Shown: positions 38,772-48,723 of the stretch, one piece after another
Position numbering within the stretch: the first letter of the stretch is position 1
Layout: every line of letters starts with the position of its first letter
Assembly (NCBI GenBank): GCA_049968255.1
Contig: JBMFRB010000002.1
Location: 128,001-192,000 of the forward strand
DNA length: 64,000 nt
Direction of reading: 5' to 3'
From: Candidatus Sumerlaeaceae bacterium
Lineage (GTDB): Bacteria > Sumerlaeota > Sumerlaeia > Sumerlaeales > Sumerlaeaceae
Notes under the pieces: generated by a model
Seen by the model: the letters and a program-made list of their open reading frames with translations, nothing else
Told to the model about the DNA's origin: nothing
Database searches by the model: none
Position numbers and translations under genes: made by a program

Positions 38772-39824
38772 TCAACGAAGAAAAACAGGGACAGATACAT
38801 CGCTCCAATACGTGCCATCTTCTCTTACGGGGGCGATAGCTAGTGCAAAGACGTTGGATTCATCTGGTGTCGTGCTCCAAAAGCGAGCGCCAGCCCGTGC
38901 TCCAGCGAAGCTAATGGTGCTGACAAAATTCCCATTCTTGTCGACGGCAATTTTTTGAGCCCAGACCGGCACTCCACCATCTGGCGGCATTAGGTACACG
39001 ACAATTTGCCGGCAACTGCGCGAGACCTTTCCCGCGAGAACATAGATGGCGTCGCACCTGAGTTTCACGGAAATGAGAGAGCTTTGCGTGACATGAATAG
39101 CATTCGTAGTAAACACCTGATGAGGGAAGGGTGAATCACCCGGAAAGCTGTAGGCACTCTCGAGAGCATTCTGAGAGAAGTACTCCTTTCCTTCCTCCGG
39201 CACACCGTCTGGGCAATCTACGAACCTCGCAGGAAGTGATTGTCCTACGGCATTCTGCACCTGGAAATGTAAATGCGGTTTAGTGGAGTAGCCAGTGTTG
39301 CCGCTTTTGGCGATCGGCTGCCCGCGACACACGATGTCGCCTTCCCGCACGAGTGCCGAGTGGGCCTTTAGATGCAAATACTGGCTAAAAATGCCATGGC
39401 CGTGATCAATGATGATTCGATTAGCTCGGGTGCGCCCTTTTGGATCAAACGTCGGAGCAGTGTAACTTTGCTGAACGCACACCACTCGACCGCCCGCTGC
39501 GGCACAAACGGTTTCTCCCTCCGGTAAGTCAAAATCCCAAGCGTAGTGATTGAAGCCATAATGGCTGAAGCGCCCACCAAAACCCTGAATCACACGAAAT
39601 GCTTTTCCTTTCTCGTACGGTAGGCAAAACATGATCCCACTAGTAGCGACGTCGCACAGGTCAGTTGAAGCCACGTCGGCATCTTGCGCTCCTGCCCAAG
39701 GCGCGTAGCTCCACACGACCACAAGAAGCCAGGTCTGGATCACGCGCACGCAAGGACGTTTGTTACGCCAAAATTTGCAGAGAAAAGCCTTTGTCATTAT
39801 CTGTCCTAGGATACCAAAGCCCAC
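38772..39824 (-). CDS. Exported M23-family metallopeptidase
   Basis: H...HYAWDF, AAAGGRV, IDHGHG..SQYLHL and SGNTGYSTKPHLHF; signal-like N-terminus. Confidence 0.88.
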   Translation of the reverse strand: MGFGILGQIMTKAFLCKFWRNKRPCVRVIQTWLLVVVWSYAPWAGAQDADVASTDLCDVATSGIMFCLPYEKGKAFRVIQGFGGRFSHYGFNHYAWDFDLPEGETVCAAAGGRVVCVQQSYTAPTFDPKGRTRANRIIIDHGHGIFSQYLHLKAHSALVREGDIVCRGQPIAKSGNTGYSTKPHLHFQVQNAVGQSLPARFVDCPDGVPEEGKEYFSQNALESAYSFPGDSPFPHQVFTTNAIHVTQSSLISVKLRCDAIYVLAGKVSRSCRQIVVYLMPPDGGVPVWAQKIAVDKNGNFVSTISFAGARAGARFWSTTPDESNVFALAIAPVREDGTYWSDVSVPVFLR

Positions 39825-39996
39825 CCCTGATTCAACTCGATCCTTGCCGCAGAACCTGCCAGAGGATTGGCGATCCTCTTTGTCGTTTGGTGCTGGGCTC
39901 CATCAGGCGCGAGCATCGCGTAGCCAAGCTTGCTTGAGCGCTGTCCTTGAAACTTGTTTGATTTCCCTGTTTTAGCAGGGGATTTTACGTGAGCAG

Positions 39997-41055
39997 ATGT
40001 TTACGCAAATTCTATCGCAACCCGAAGTTGTGGCCGTTGCTGTCAGTGCAAGTGTTTGCTACGTTGCTACCTGGATTGTCCGGGGAGCCATGTGGCGTTT
40101 GGGCGTTCTGGACATCCCCACTGGCGAGCGAAAGCGCCATCGCTACCCTGTGCCTTATGAAGGGGGCGTTGCCATGTATCTGGGGTTCATCTCCGGCCTT
40201 GTTTCGTACGCACTCATGGATTGCTCGGCGCTATTGTGGTACGACGTCGCTAAAGCCCTTGTCATTGGCGCCACAGCCAGCACTGCGATTGGGGTGATTG
40301 ACGATGTCCTGGATCTTCGCCCGTGGGCTAAGTTTATTGCCCAGCTCTTCATTGGAGTGCTTATGTATCATTTCGGCTTCCGGATCGAACGGATCAGCAA
40401 TCCCTTCGGCAACGAAGTCAGTGTCATGGGTGGAGTGAGTTTGCTTGGGACGGTGCTGTGGTACGCGCTTCTTATGAATGGGATAAATATGATAGATGGA
40501 GTTGATGGCTTAGCGGCTGGCATCGTGGCAATCTCAGGCGCGACGCTTGGTCTTATTGCGCTGGATCTTCAACAACCCGTGGCAGCAGTGGTTGCGTTCA
40601 TTTTGAGCGCCGTCTGCCTTGGGTTTCTTCCTCACAATTTTTATCCCGCGCGAATTTTCATGGGTGATGCTGGCAGCTTGTTGCTTGGCTTTCTTCTGGC
40701 TTCCCTCACTCTCATGTCGAGCAGTAAAACGCCAGCGGTCCTCACACTGGCGGTCCCAATTGTAGCCGTCTGCCTTCCGCTTTTTGAGACGCTCTTTGCT
40801 TTTGCTCGACGGGTGGCAAAGGGCCAGCATCCTTTCAAAGGAGATCGCAGCCACCTGCATCACCGGTTTTTGGATTTGGGATTTACCGAGCGCCGCACTG
40901 TCCTTATTCTCTACTATCTCACGGCCTACGTCGGCGTCATTGCCTACGTGTTGCAAAAACTCGATTCGCGTCTGACTCTGCTCATGGCCTTTTTCCTTGG
41001 GCTGGGTCTCTATCTGCTCGCGGAGAGCTTGGCGTTTCTGCGGCGCCGCAGTTAG
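39997..41055 (+). CDS. WecA/TagO-like undecaprenyl-phosphate GlcNAc-1-phosphate transferase (MraY family)
   Basis: RKRH..PVP..GG, GVIDD, NMIDGVDGLA, IFMGDAGS and DRSHLHH. Confidence 0.92.
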   Translation: MFTQILSQPEVVAVAVSASVCYVATWIVRGAMWRLGVLDIPTGERKRHRYPVPYEGGVAMYLGFISGLVSYALMDCSALLWYDVAKALVIGATASTAIGVIDDVLDLRPWAKFIAQLFIGVLMYHFGFRIERISNPFGNEVSVMGGVSLLGTVLWYALLMNGINMIDGVDGLAAGIVAISGATLGLIALDLQQPVAAVVAFILSAVCLGFLPHNFYPARIFMGDAGSLLLGFLLASLTLMSSSKTPAVLTLAVPIVAVCLPLFETLFAFARRVAKGQHPFKGDRSHLHHRFLDLGFTERRTVLILYYLTAYVGVIAYVLQKLDSRLTLLMAFFLGLGLYLLAESLAFLRRRS

Positions 41056-41067
41056 CCGGTTGTTCGC

Positions 41068-41775
41068 TCAGCGTTTCTTGCGGCGCATGGTTTTCAGGCG
41101 CTCCCAAGCGTCCAGACGCCGTTGAATTGGCGCTGCGATTTTAGAATTTAACTCGTCAATATGCTCTTTGATCCTCGTACGGTCATCGAGCCGCTGAACC
41201 TGTATCGGCTGATGATAGGTGACGATGATCGGTCGGAACCAACGTGGCAAAAAATTGTGTCGTGGCCAAGCCTCGAATGCGCCGACTATCGAAACCGGCA
41301 CAATCGTCGCACCTGTTGCGAGTGCAAGCCGTGCTACACCGGGCTCAAACGGGCAAAGACGCCCCGCCGCACTCCGGCCACCTTCGGGAAAAATGAGCAC
41401 AACCTCATTGTTCTTTAGCACTTTCAGTGTTTCAACAATTGCGCTCTTATCTGGAGCCTCCTGCTTCACCGGAAACGCACCGTAGAGACTTATAAACCAA
41501 CCCAAGATCGGCACTCGGAACAATGGCTCCATGGCCATGAATCGCATGCGGTAAGGGATCCCGGCAGGAATCACGCATGCATCATAATAGGAAACGTGAT
41601 TTGGTGCAATGATCGCAGGACCATGCTGTGGCAAACTGTCCTGCCTACGGTAGCGGAGAAAGTGAAAGATGCGAAAATAAACAATAAAACAAATTCGCGT
41701 TATCTCCCAAAGAAGATTTGTCCGGAGAATATCGCCTTTCGGTCGGGCCAGCCCTGGCATGAGTTTCTTCATCAT
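41068..41775 (-). CDS. plsC: 1-acyl-sn-glycerol-3-phosphate acyltransferase
   Basis: NHVSYYD, IFPEGGRS and IVPVSI; likely start 41775. Confidence 0.85.
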   Translation of the reverse strand: MMKKLMPGLARPKGDILRTNLLWEITRICFIVYFRIFHFLRYRRQDSLPQHGPAIIAPNHVSYYDACVIPAGIPYRMRFMAMEPLFRVPILGWFISLYGAFPVKQEAPDKSAIVETLKVLKNNEVVLIFPEGGRSAAGRLCPFEPGVARLALATGATIVPVSIVGAFEAWPRHNFLPRWFRPIIVTYHQPIQVQRLDDRTRIKEHIDELNSKIAAPIQRRLDAWERLKTMRRKKR

Positions 41776-41937
41776 TGTTCGTTCAGATGTCCGCCTGGTT
41801 TTTGCGCTTTGTGCACCTTTTGAAATTGCGTACTTATTTCGTCGTATACTAGAGGTTGTTCTTAGTTTTGCAAGGCCGCAGGGCAGTATCGACATGCGGA
41901 CCATTGTCACATGTGGTTAGGAGCAAAGACCTAGGAT

Positions 41938-43443
41938 ATGCAAATCAGTGTTGTTTCGCTTCGTAAGGTTCGCCGCTACCACCGCAATTCTCTCCTTGCG
42001 CTTGTTCTGAAAGATTTTGCTCTGGTGCAGTCGCATATTCCCTCTACGTTGTCCGACGCTGGCTTGGCCTCCGTCCTGGGCCGTGTTCTTCCTCTTTGCG
42101 ACAAAGAAGAGGCGCCCGACCTGTTTGCGTTCATAGGACCCGAGATGTTACCAGAACACTTGGCGATCTTTGTCCCTTCGCGGATGAGGAATATCCCCGA
42201 GGACGAAGCGCAGCGCTTGATCGGCGCGCGCGTGGTAAAATATGCGCGAGATCTTGGTGTGCAACGTGCCTATGTGACGGCAATGCCGGGGCTATCTCAC
42301 GACGTTTATCTACGTGTGGCAGAGGGCGCTGTCCTTGGTGGCTATTCGTTTACGCGTTACAAACGTACGGTTGAGCAATCTGGGGTCAATGTTTCACTTC
42401 TTTGCGACGATGCCGACTACAGCCTACTCCGCAAAAAGCTGGTGGATGTGCTGGTTGTGGCCGAACATCAGAATCGCATCCGCGATCTTGTGAACGAAAC
42501 GCCGACGGAGTGTGGTCCGAGGCGGCTTGTTGAAGCAGCTCGTCGCCTAGGCCAAGCTGTCGGACTTGAGGTTGAGATTCTTGGGCCTCGTCAGCTGGAG
42601 CGCAATGGCTACACAGGTGTGTTGGCCGTAGGTAAAGGCGCCGATGAGCCTCCTGCTATGATGATCTTGCGCCATCCAGGCGCGCGGAAAAAGTCTGGTT
42701 CGCGCTTCGCCCTGGTTGGTAAGGCGGTGACGTTCGATACCGGGGGCTACTGCCTAAAACCAGGAAAAGATATGTGGGAGATGAAGGGAGACATGGCGGG
42801 TGGTGCAGCTGTGCTGGGCGCTATGGCTGCCCTTGCTCAGTTAGGCGTTGGCAAAGAAATTGTTGGCATTATTCCCTGTGCGAAGAATCTCGTGAGCAGG
42901 ACGGCTTACCTTCCAGGCGACGTCATCCGAACCAAAATTGGAAAGACAGTTCATGTGACCAACACCGACGCCGAGGGCCGTCTCTTGCTTGCTGACGCCC
43001 TGATACGGGCGGGCGAAGAAAACGCTTCCGTCATTGTGGACGTGGCAACCTTGACGGGCTCCGTTGTGCGAGCCCTAGGTGCTGCGGTGGCGGGAGTCAT
43101 GGGCAACGACTCGCAGTTGGTTCGCGCCATCATGTCTGCTGGTGCAGCAGTTGGAGAGGCGTATTGGGAGCTTCCCCTCGTTGCGGAATACAAGGAGCAG
43201 CTCAAAAGCGACGTTGCGGACCTAGACAATGTCGGGAAATCTCCCAATGCGGGCGCCATTGTTGGCGGACTTTTCCTACAGGAGTTTGTTCCCGAAGGCA
43301 CAAAATGGGCTCATCTCGACATCGCTGGCCCATTCTTGGTTGAAAAGCCGTGGCGTTACTACGGCCCAGGCGCAACGGGCTTTGGAGTTCGCACTCTCAT
43401 CGAATTTGCGACTCGGTATGTAGGGGAGTTTTTGGAAGGTTAG
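41938..43443 (+). CDS. pepA: Leucyl aminopeptidase (M17)
   Basis: GKAVTFDTGG, MKGDMAG, NTDAEGRL, ATLTG and WAHLDIAG. Confidence 0.93.
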   Translation: MQISVVSLRKVRRYHRNSLLALVLKDFALVQSHIPSTLSDAGLASVLGRVLPLCDKEEAPDLFAFIGPEMLPEHLAIFVPSRMRNIPEDEAQRLIGARVVKYARDLGVQRAYVTAMPGLSHDVYLRVAEGAVLGGYSFTRYKRTVEQSGVNVSLLCDDADYSLLRKKLVDVLVVAEHQNRIRDLVNETPTECGPRRLVEAARRLGQAVGLEVEILGPRQLERNGYTGVLAVGKGADEPPAMMILRHPGARKKSGSRFALVGKAVTFDTGGYCLKPGKDMWEMKGDMAGGAAVLGAMAALAQLGVGKEIVGIIPCAKNLVSRTAYLPGDVIRTKIGKTVHVTNTDAEGRLLLADALIRAGEENASVIVDVATLTGSVVRALGAAVAGVMGNDSQLVRAIMSAGAAVGEAYWELPLVAEYKEQLKSDVADLDNVGKSPNAGAIVGGLFLQEFVPEGTKWAHLDIAGPFLVEKPWRYYGPGATGFGVRTLIEFATRYVGEFLEG

Positions 43444-43470
43444 GACTGAGCGAGCTGGAGGTGCGGGAAG

Positions 43471-44211
43471 ATGTGGTCGTCGTTCACAAAAGACGAGAAA
43501 AAACTTTTCATCTTTCTCCTCCTTCTTTTGGGTGTAGGCGCCCTCGTGCTTCCTTACTTCGATGAGCGTCGCAGGACCGACATTTTCACGGCCCAATCGG
43601 TTGCGGATGCTAAACGTACTGCCGAGCGACAAGAATCGGGGCGTGCACTGCGTACGCAAACGGGCGCGCGAGGTTCACAGCGCAATGGGCCCCTCGATCT
43701 CAACACAGCAACCGAGGCTCAGCTCGTCGCGCTGCCTGGCCTAGGTCCCGTGCGAGCAGCTGCCATTGTTGCGTATCGAGAGCAATACGGGCCATTTGCT
43801 TCCTTACAGGATTTGGGCAAAGTACACGGCATCGGCAAAGCAACTCTCCGCGGGCTCGAAGGATTTGTCACTGTAGGGCGGCCCAACGTTGGAATAACTA
43901 CTGGTGTTGCTGAGCAAAATTTGAGGACATTTGGTTTCACTCCGACACCGATTGCCATCCTGCCAACGAAGCCACAGTCGGTTTCGTTTCTGCCATCACC
44001 ATCCCCGGCGCTTGCTAGTGTGCTCGATTTGAATTCTGCTACCGTGCAGGAACTGGCCGAGCTCGAACAAATTGGCCCGATCTTGGCGCAGCGTATAGTT
44101 GATTACCGCAATCAGCATGGGCGCTTTTCGAGCGTGGAGGAGCTCGACAAGGTGCAGGGCATTGGGAAAAAGCGGATTGAACGAAACCGACATCGCCTGA
44201 CAGTGCGCTAG
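43471..44211 (+). CDS. ComEA-family DNA-binding protein with two HhH modules
   Basis: N-terminal TM; two copies of LDLN.AT...L..L..(L/I)GP..A..IV.YR...G.F.S...L.KV.GIGK. Confidence 0.88.
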   Translation: MWSSFTKDEKKLFIFLLLLLGVGALVLPYFDERRRTDIFTAQSVADAKRTAERQESGRALRTQTGARGSQRNGPLDLNTATEAQLVALPGLGPVRAAAIVAYREQYGPFASLQDLGKVHGIGKATLRGLEGFVTVGRPNVGITTGVAEQNLRTFGFTPTPIAILPTKPQSVSFLPSPSPALASVLDLNSATVQELAELEQIGPILAQRIVDYRNQHGRFSSVEELDKVQGIGKKRIERNRHRLTVR

Positions 44212-44217
44212 TGTAGT

Positions 44218-45348
44218 TTAGAGGTAAATCCGCGGCAGGCGCAGTCCCACTCTCGTGGTTAGCTCGTAGCCGATAGTTCCGATCTTGTCCGCTACTTCCT
44301 CTGCCCGGAGCATGAGATTACCACTGCGCCCAAAGGCGAGAACCTCATCCCCAATTACGACTTCGGGGATATCAGTCACATCGAGTAGAGAAAGATCCAT
44401 GCACACGCGTCCGACCTGTGGGGCGAGCACCCCGCGCAATCCCATCTGAGTTTTATTGCTGGCGTGTCGCGGGTAGCCATCGGCGTAACCAAGTGGCACT
44501 GTGGCAATGCGTGAGTGGCGGGTCGTGATGAATGTGTGGCCGTAGCTCAGGCCAGTGCCGGGCGGCACCTCCTTTACGAAGATCACTCGCGACTTCATGC
44601 TCATTGCCGGGATAAGATTCGGACGCGCGACAACATCGAAACTGGGCAACTGCCCGTAGAGACTGATTCCTGGCCGCACCGCATCAAAATGAGATTCAGG
44701 AAAATCCAGCAATGCTGCAGAGTTTGCCAGATGAAAACAAGGAATGCGAAAGCCGCCGGCCTCGATCGTTTCTCTCACATCCGCAAAGGTTGCAATCTGC
44801 CGGCGAGTAAGTTCGCGCTCAGGGGTATCGGCGCACGGAAGATGACTCATCACTCCAGCGATTGCGAGACAATCGTAACTGGCAACTTTTCGCACGAAAT
44901 CTATGACGTCACTTGGCGCGACACCAAGCCGCCCCATTCCCACATCAACTTTCACATGGACACGAGCGGGTTTGCCAAGAACTCTCGCCGCCGCGGCAAG
45001 CGCCTCGAAATGTTCCTGAGCACACACGACTGCTTCACACCCCAAACCAACGAGTAATTGTGCCTGGCCTTGCAGAGGTGGTCCGAAAACGAGCACGCGC
45101 GAAGCAATACCCGCGGCACGTAACTCGGCGGCTTCTTCGCATCGCGCGACGCACAAAACTGGCGCGCCCTCATCCAGCAAGGCACGAGCAGTAGGCACCG
45201 CGCCATGTCCATAGGCATCCGCTTTGATTACGCCAAAAACTAGGACTTGTGAGCTAACGCGTTTTCGCAGCTCGCGATAATTGTGGCGAATGGCGCTCAG
45301 ATCTATCTCCAGCCACGACAGCGGTTCAGCCTCAGCCAGTTTAGCCAT
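44218..45348 (-). CDS. alr: Alanine racemase
   Basis: VIKADAYGHG, HVKVDVGMGRLG, GYADGY and GRVCMD. Confidence 0.96.
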   Translation of the reverse strand: MAKLAEAEPLSWLEIDLSAIRHNYRELRKRVSSQVLVFGVIKADAYGHGAVPTARALLDEGAPVLCVARCEEAAELRAAGIASRVLVFGPPLQGQAQLLVGLGCEAVVCAQEHFEALAAAARVLGKPARVHVKVDVGMGRLGVAPSDVIDFVRKVASYDCLAIAGVMSHLPCADTPERELTRRQIATFADVRETIEAGGFRIPCFHLANSAALLDFPESHFDAVRPGISLYGQLPSFDVVARPNLIPAMSMKSRVIFVKEVPPGTGLSYGHTFITTRHSRIATVPLGYADGYPRHASNKTQMGLRGVLAPQVGRVCMDLSLLDVTDIPEVVIGDEVLAFGRSGNLMLRAEEVADKIGTIGYELTTRVGLRLPRIYL

Positions 45349-45354
45349 TGTTTC

Positions 45355-45981
45355 TCACTCAGAGAGAAGGTCTCGATTTTTCCAGAGATACTGGAGTCCT
45401 GACGCAATCGTGAGTGTGATAATGACCACAAGCACAATCCAGAAAACAACGCGCAAGCCATACTCTGCAGTGGGCTGCCACGCTACAGAGTGCCATCGGA
45501 GGTAGTCGCGCAGACAAAGCCCAGCCAAGACAACTCCGATTCCCACGAGCTGACTGATTGTTTTGTGCTTCCCCAGATAATCGGCTTGAATGACTCGTCC
45601 TCGTTCGAGAGCGAGTGCGCGCAAACCCGTGACAAGAAACTCCCGTGCAAGAATCACGATAATTGCCCACGCGGGGAATATTGGTCGTTTCAGGTCGAGA
45701 TTAAGCTCCACGAATGCGACAAACGCCGACATGGTGAGAAGTTTATCCGCCAGAGGATCCATGAGCTTACCAAAATTTGTGACAAGCTGAAGACGACGGG
45801 CTAAATAGCCGTCAAGGAGATCGGTGAGGGCAGCGACGACGAAGACGAAAAACGCTGCGATGCGGCAAAAAAAGATAAGGTCGAGTCTAGTGGTGACATT
45901 TTCAAATAGCAGCAAGCTTACGAAAAGGGGGATCAAAATGATTCTCAATAAAGTTAGCTTATTAGGAAGATTTAGGTTCAT
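45355..45981 (-). CDS. pgsA: CDP-diacylglycerol--glycerol-3-phosphate 3-phosphatidyltransferase
   Basis: NLPNKLTLLRI and TDLLDGYLARR...TNFGKLMDPLADK. Confidence 0.95.
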   Translation of the reverse strand: MNLNLPNKLTLLRIILIPLFVSLLLFENVTTRLDLIFFCRIAAFFVFVVAALTDLLDGYLARRLQLVTNFGKLMDPLADKLLTMSAFVAFVELNLDLKRPIFPAWAIIVILAREFLVTGLRALALERGRVIQADYLGKHKTISQLVGIGVVLAGLCLRDYLRWHSVAWQPTAEYGLRVVFWIVLVVIITLTIASGLQYLWKNRDLLSE

Positions 45982-45993
45982 AGGGCGACTTAC

Positions 45994-46560
45994 TTAGTCT
46001 TCTCCCGTGGCGACATAGAAATGAAGACTTGTATCACCATAGTTCTCTTTTCGGAAACGCCGGAGTCGTGCATAGCTCTCAGCCAGTTCCTCCCGCGGCG
46101 ATGCCTGGATGACCACGACCGCACTTGGCTCAAAAGGCAGGTGAACTGCAACATATTCAAGTGAGCGCGCAGCATCACCACTATCGTATGGAGGATCCGA
46201 GAAAACAAGATGGTATCGTGGCCATCCCGTGCTCTTCTGCATTTCAAGCCATCGCAGAACATTGGCTCGAAACACTCGACATCGTTGCTCGTAGCTAAGC
46301 TTAGCGATATTGCTTTGCAGCGCCGCCAAGGCCCTGTCCGCCTGCTCAACAAACGTGCAATGCGAGGCGCCGCGACTGAGTGCTTCAAGGCCGAGAGAGC
46401 CCGCGCCTGCGTAAAGATCGAGAACTGTTGCGCCAACGACTTCGTGGCGCAGGATATTAAAGAGAGATTCGCGGACACGTCCGAGGGTCGGGCGCGTGTC
46501 GGTCCCTCGTGGTGTTTTCAAAACAAAACCTTTTTTCTCGCCGGCAATGATGCGGATCAT
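45994..46560 (-). CDS. rsmD: 16S rRNA m2G966 methyltransferase
   Basis: RIIAG, TRPT...VRESLFNIL, LDLYAGAGSLGLEALSRGA and DPPY. Confidence 0.94.
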   Translation of the reverse strand: MIRIIAGEKKGFVLKTPRGTDTRPTLGRVRESLFNILRHEVVGATVLDLYAGAGSLGLEALSRGASHCTFVEQADRALAALQSNIAKLSYEQRCRVFRANVLRWLEMQKSTGWPRYHLVFSDPPYDSGDAARSLEYVAVHLPFEPSAVVVIQASPREELAESYARLRRFRKENYGDTSLHFYVATGED

Positions 46561-46663
46561 TAAAGCTCTCTTGGTCTGAATGTCTCTTCTCCTGCAACAG
46601 AGATTGCGAAGTTATTGTAAGGTTGTTCAATGCTGAACCGATGCCATCCACGGAGGATGATTC

Positions 46664-47038
46664 ATGCCACATGTGATTTTTCGGGGCGCAGTGGCGCTGC
46701 AAGATGCTTGGGAAGGCTTTACCCCTTTGCTTGTGAATGAGCATGGTTGGCTAACAAAGGTCACGGATTGTTTTCTCAACGGACGGCGGACATGCATGTT
46801 GCTTGAGAGCACTGCAGTGTTCCAGGGAGTGACACATAACTTTTATGTGCGCGTGGACCAGAAGCAGGATCAAGTGACAGTGCGAGTTGAGCCGCGAACA
46901 AATGTGGAAAAGAACGAAGGTGTTAAACGAGCCGTTGCCATCGTGTCGCGGTTTTTAGCCCAGCGGTTTCCTTATCTTATTTTTGATAAGTCGAATTTGC
47001 CTCCCGAAATGTTGAGTGAGCTGGAGGATAAACAGTGA
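46664..47038 (+). CDS. Hypothetical protein, translationally coupled to trmB
   Basis: GGAGG RBS; 124-aa globular-looking ORF (MPHVIF...TVRVEP.T.VEKNEGVK); its stop overlaps the trmB start (GTGA). Confidence 0.7.
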   Translation: MPHVIFRGAVALQDAWEGFTPLLVNEHGWLTKVTDCFLNGRRTCMLLESTAVFQGVTHNFYVRVDQKQDQVTVRVEPRTNVEKNEGVKRAVAIVSRFLAQRFPYLIFDKSNLPPEMLSELEDKQ

Positions 47039-47688
47039 GCTTTGGCGAGATCTGCGGCGCAGTGGGAGCACCTCTGAGCTACGCGGATTTGCAGGAGCTC
47101 GGCGGACTAACCGGAATTTTTTCGCGGCACGCGCCGTTGGAGCTGGAGGTTGGTTGCGGGCGCGGAGATTTTCTCCTTGCCTACGCCTCTCGGCGGCCGG
47201 GAGTGAATTTCATCGGTGTGGAGCGAAAGCTCGTTATTGCGCGACGCGCCGCGAGTAAACTGGGCCGGGCAGGCCTAACAAATGTGCGCATTATCCACGG
47301 CGAGATCGGCTATCTTGTTGATCGGTATCTCCCGATGAACTCGCTGCATGCGATCCATTGCTATTTCCCAGACCCGTGGCCAAAAAAACGCCATGCAAAG
47401 AGGCGGCTCTTTCGGGAGGGGACACAAGAGCTTTTCGCGAAGCTCCTCCAACCGGGCGGGTGGGTTCACATTCGCACCGACGTTCCGGCCTATTTTGAGG
47501 CGATCTGCGCTCTTTTTGACTCCTCGCCTCTTTTTCAGCAAGTGGAACCACCTCGCGATCTGGTTGATTGCCTCACCGGCTTCGAACGGCGCTTTGTGGC
47601 CGAAGGGAAGCCAATTTACCGCGTGAGCTATCGTAGAGAACCGATTTCCCAGTCTCGGTCTGCTTTGGTGAAAAATAAGGTTGAATAG
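47035..47688 (+). CDS. trmB: tRNA (guanine-N7)-methyltransferase
   Basis: LEVGCGRG, FIGVE, FPDPWPKKRHAKRR, TD and TGFERRF. Confidence 0.93.
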   Translation: MSFGEICGAVGAPLSYADLQELGGLTGIFSRHAPLELEVGCGRGDFLLAYASRRPGVNFIGVERKLVIARRAASKLGRAGLTNVRIIHGEIGYLVDRYLPMNSLHAIHCYFPDPWPKKRHAKRRLFREGTQELFAKLLQPGGWVHIRTDVPAYFEAICALFDSSPLFQQVEPPRDLVDCLTGFERRFVAEGKPIYRVSYRREPISQSRSALVKNKVE

Positions 47689-47742
47689 GCTGAGAGGGCT
47701 GTGAAGCCGTAGGGGAAGGGTCGTAAATTTGATGAAAAACTT

Positions 47743-48723
47743 TTGGAGGCAAGAAACGTGCAACCGATTGTCGAGCGTGCCCTCGACGAGCATGGACGGC
47801 CGCCTGTCGTTTTTTCGGGAACTGGGAGCATCGAGCTAACACAAGCAATTTGCACCACCCTTGGAATCTCGCCTGGTGCTATAGAAATTCGGCGATTCAG
47901 CGATGGAGAGATCCGCGTCAAGATCAACGAGAGCGTCCGCGGTGCAAACTGCTTTGTCGTGCAATCCTGCTATACACCGGTGAACGAACATCTCATGGAG
48001 CTGTTCTTGATTCTCGACGCGCTCAAACGCGCGAGCGCGAAACAGGTCAATGCAATTATTCCCTACTATGGCTATGCGAGACAGGATCGCAAAGATGAGG
48101 GACGCGTAGCGCTATCCGCGCGCTTGGTGGCGAACCTTTTGACAGCTGCAGGGGCAACACGTGTTGTCGCAGTGGATCTGCATTCGGCACAGATTCAAGG
48201 ATTCTTCGACATCCCTGTGGATCATCTGTACGCCGCACCCGTATTGGTCGATTACATCCAAAAGCGCGGCTTTTCTAATTTCGTTGTCGTGTCGCCAGAT
48301 GTGGGAAATGTGAAACGTGCTCGTTCTTATGCTAATCGCCTCAATGCGCCGCTAGCTATTATTGACAAGCGTCGGCCCGAACCCAACGTGGCCGAGGTCA
48401 TGAATATCATCGGCGAGGTCGAAGGCAAAGACGTGTTCCTTTTCGACGATATCATTGACACGGCGGGCACGCTCGTCGGGGCTGCCGAAGCACTAAAGAA
48501 GCGTGGTGTCGGGCGAATCTACGCTTGCTGTACACATCCAGTGCTCAGTGGTCCCGCAAAGGAACGACTGGCCGCCTCCAGCATCGAGGAAATCATTGTG
48601 ACGGACACAATACCCCAGCGGAATAGTTTCCAGAAGTTGACAGTTGTTAGCCTTGCGCCGATGCTGGCCGAAGCTATCAAGCGGATTCATACGAACGATA
48701 GTGTGAGCACTCTGTTTCGATGA
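47743..48723 (+). CDS. prs: Ribose-phosphate pyrophosphokinase
   Basis: FSDGE, PYYGYARQDRK, DLHSAQIQGFF, VSPDVG and DDIIDTAGT. Confidence 0.97.
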   Translation: MEARNVQPIVERALDEHGRPPVVFSGTGSIELTQAICTTLGISPGAIEIRRFSDGEIRVKINESVRGANCFVVQSCYTPVNEHLMELFLILDALKRASAKQVNAIIPYYGYARQDRKDEGRVALSARLVANLLTAAGATRVVAVDLHSAQIQGFFDIPVDHLYAAPVLVDYIQKRGFSNFVVVSPDVGNVKRARSYANRLNAPLAIIDKRRPEPNVAEVMNIIGEVEGKDVFLFDDIIDTAGTLVGAAEALKKRGVGRIYACCTHPVLSGPAKERLAASSIEEIIVTDTIPQRNSFQKLTVVSLAPMLAEAIKRIHTNDSVSTLFR

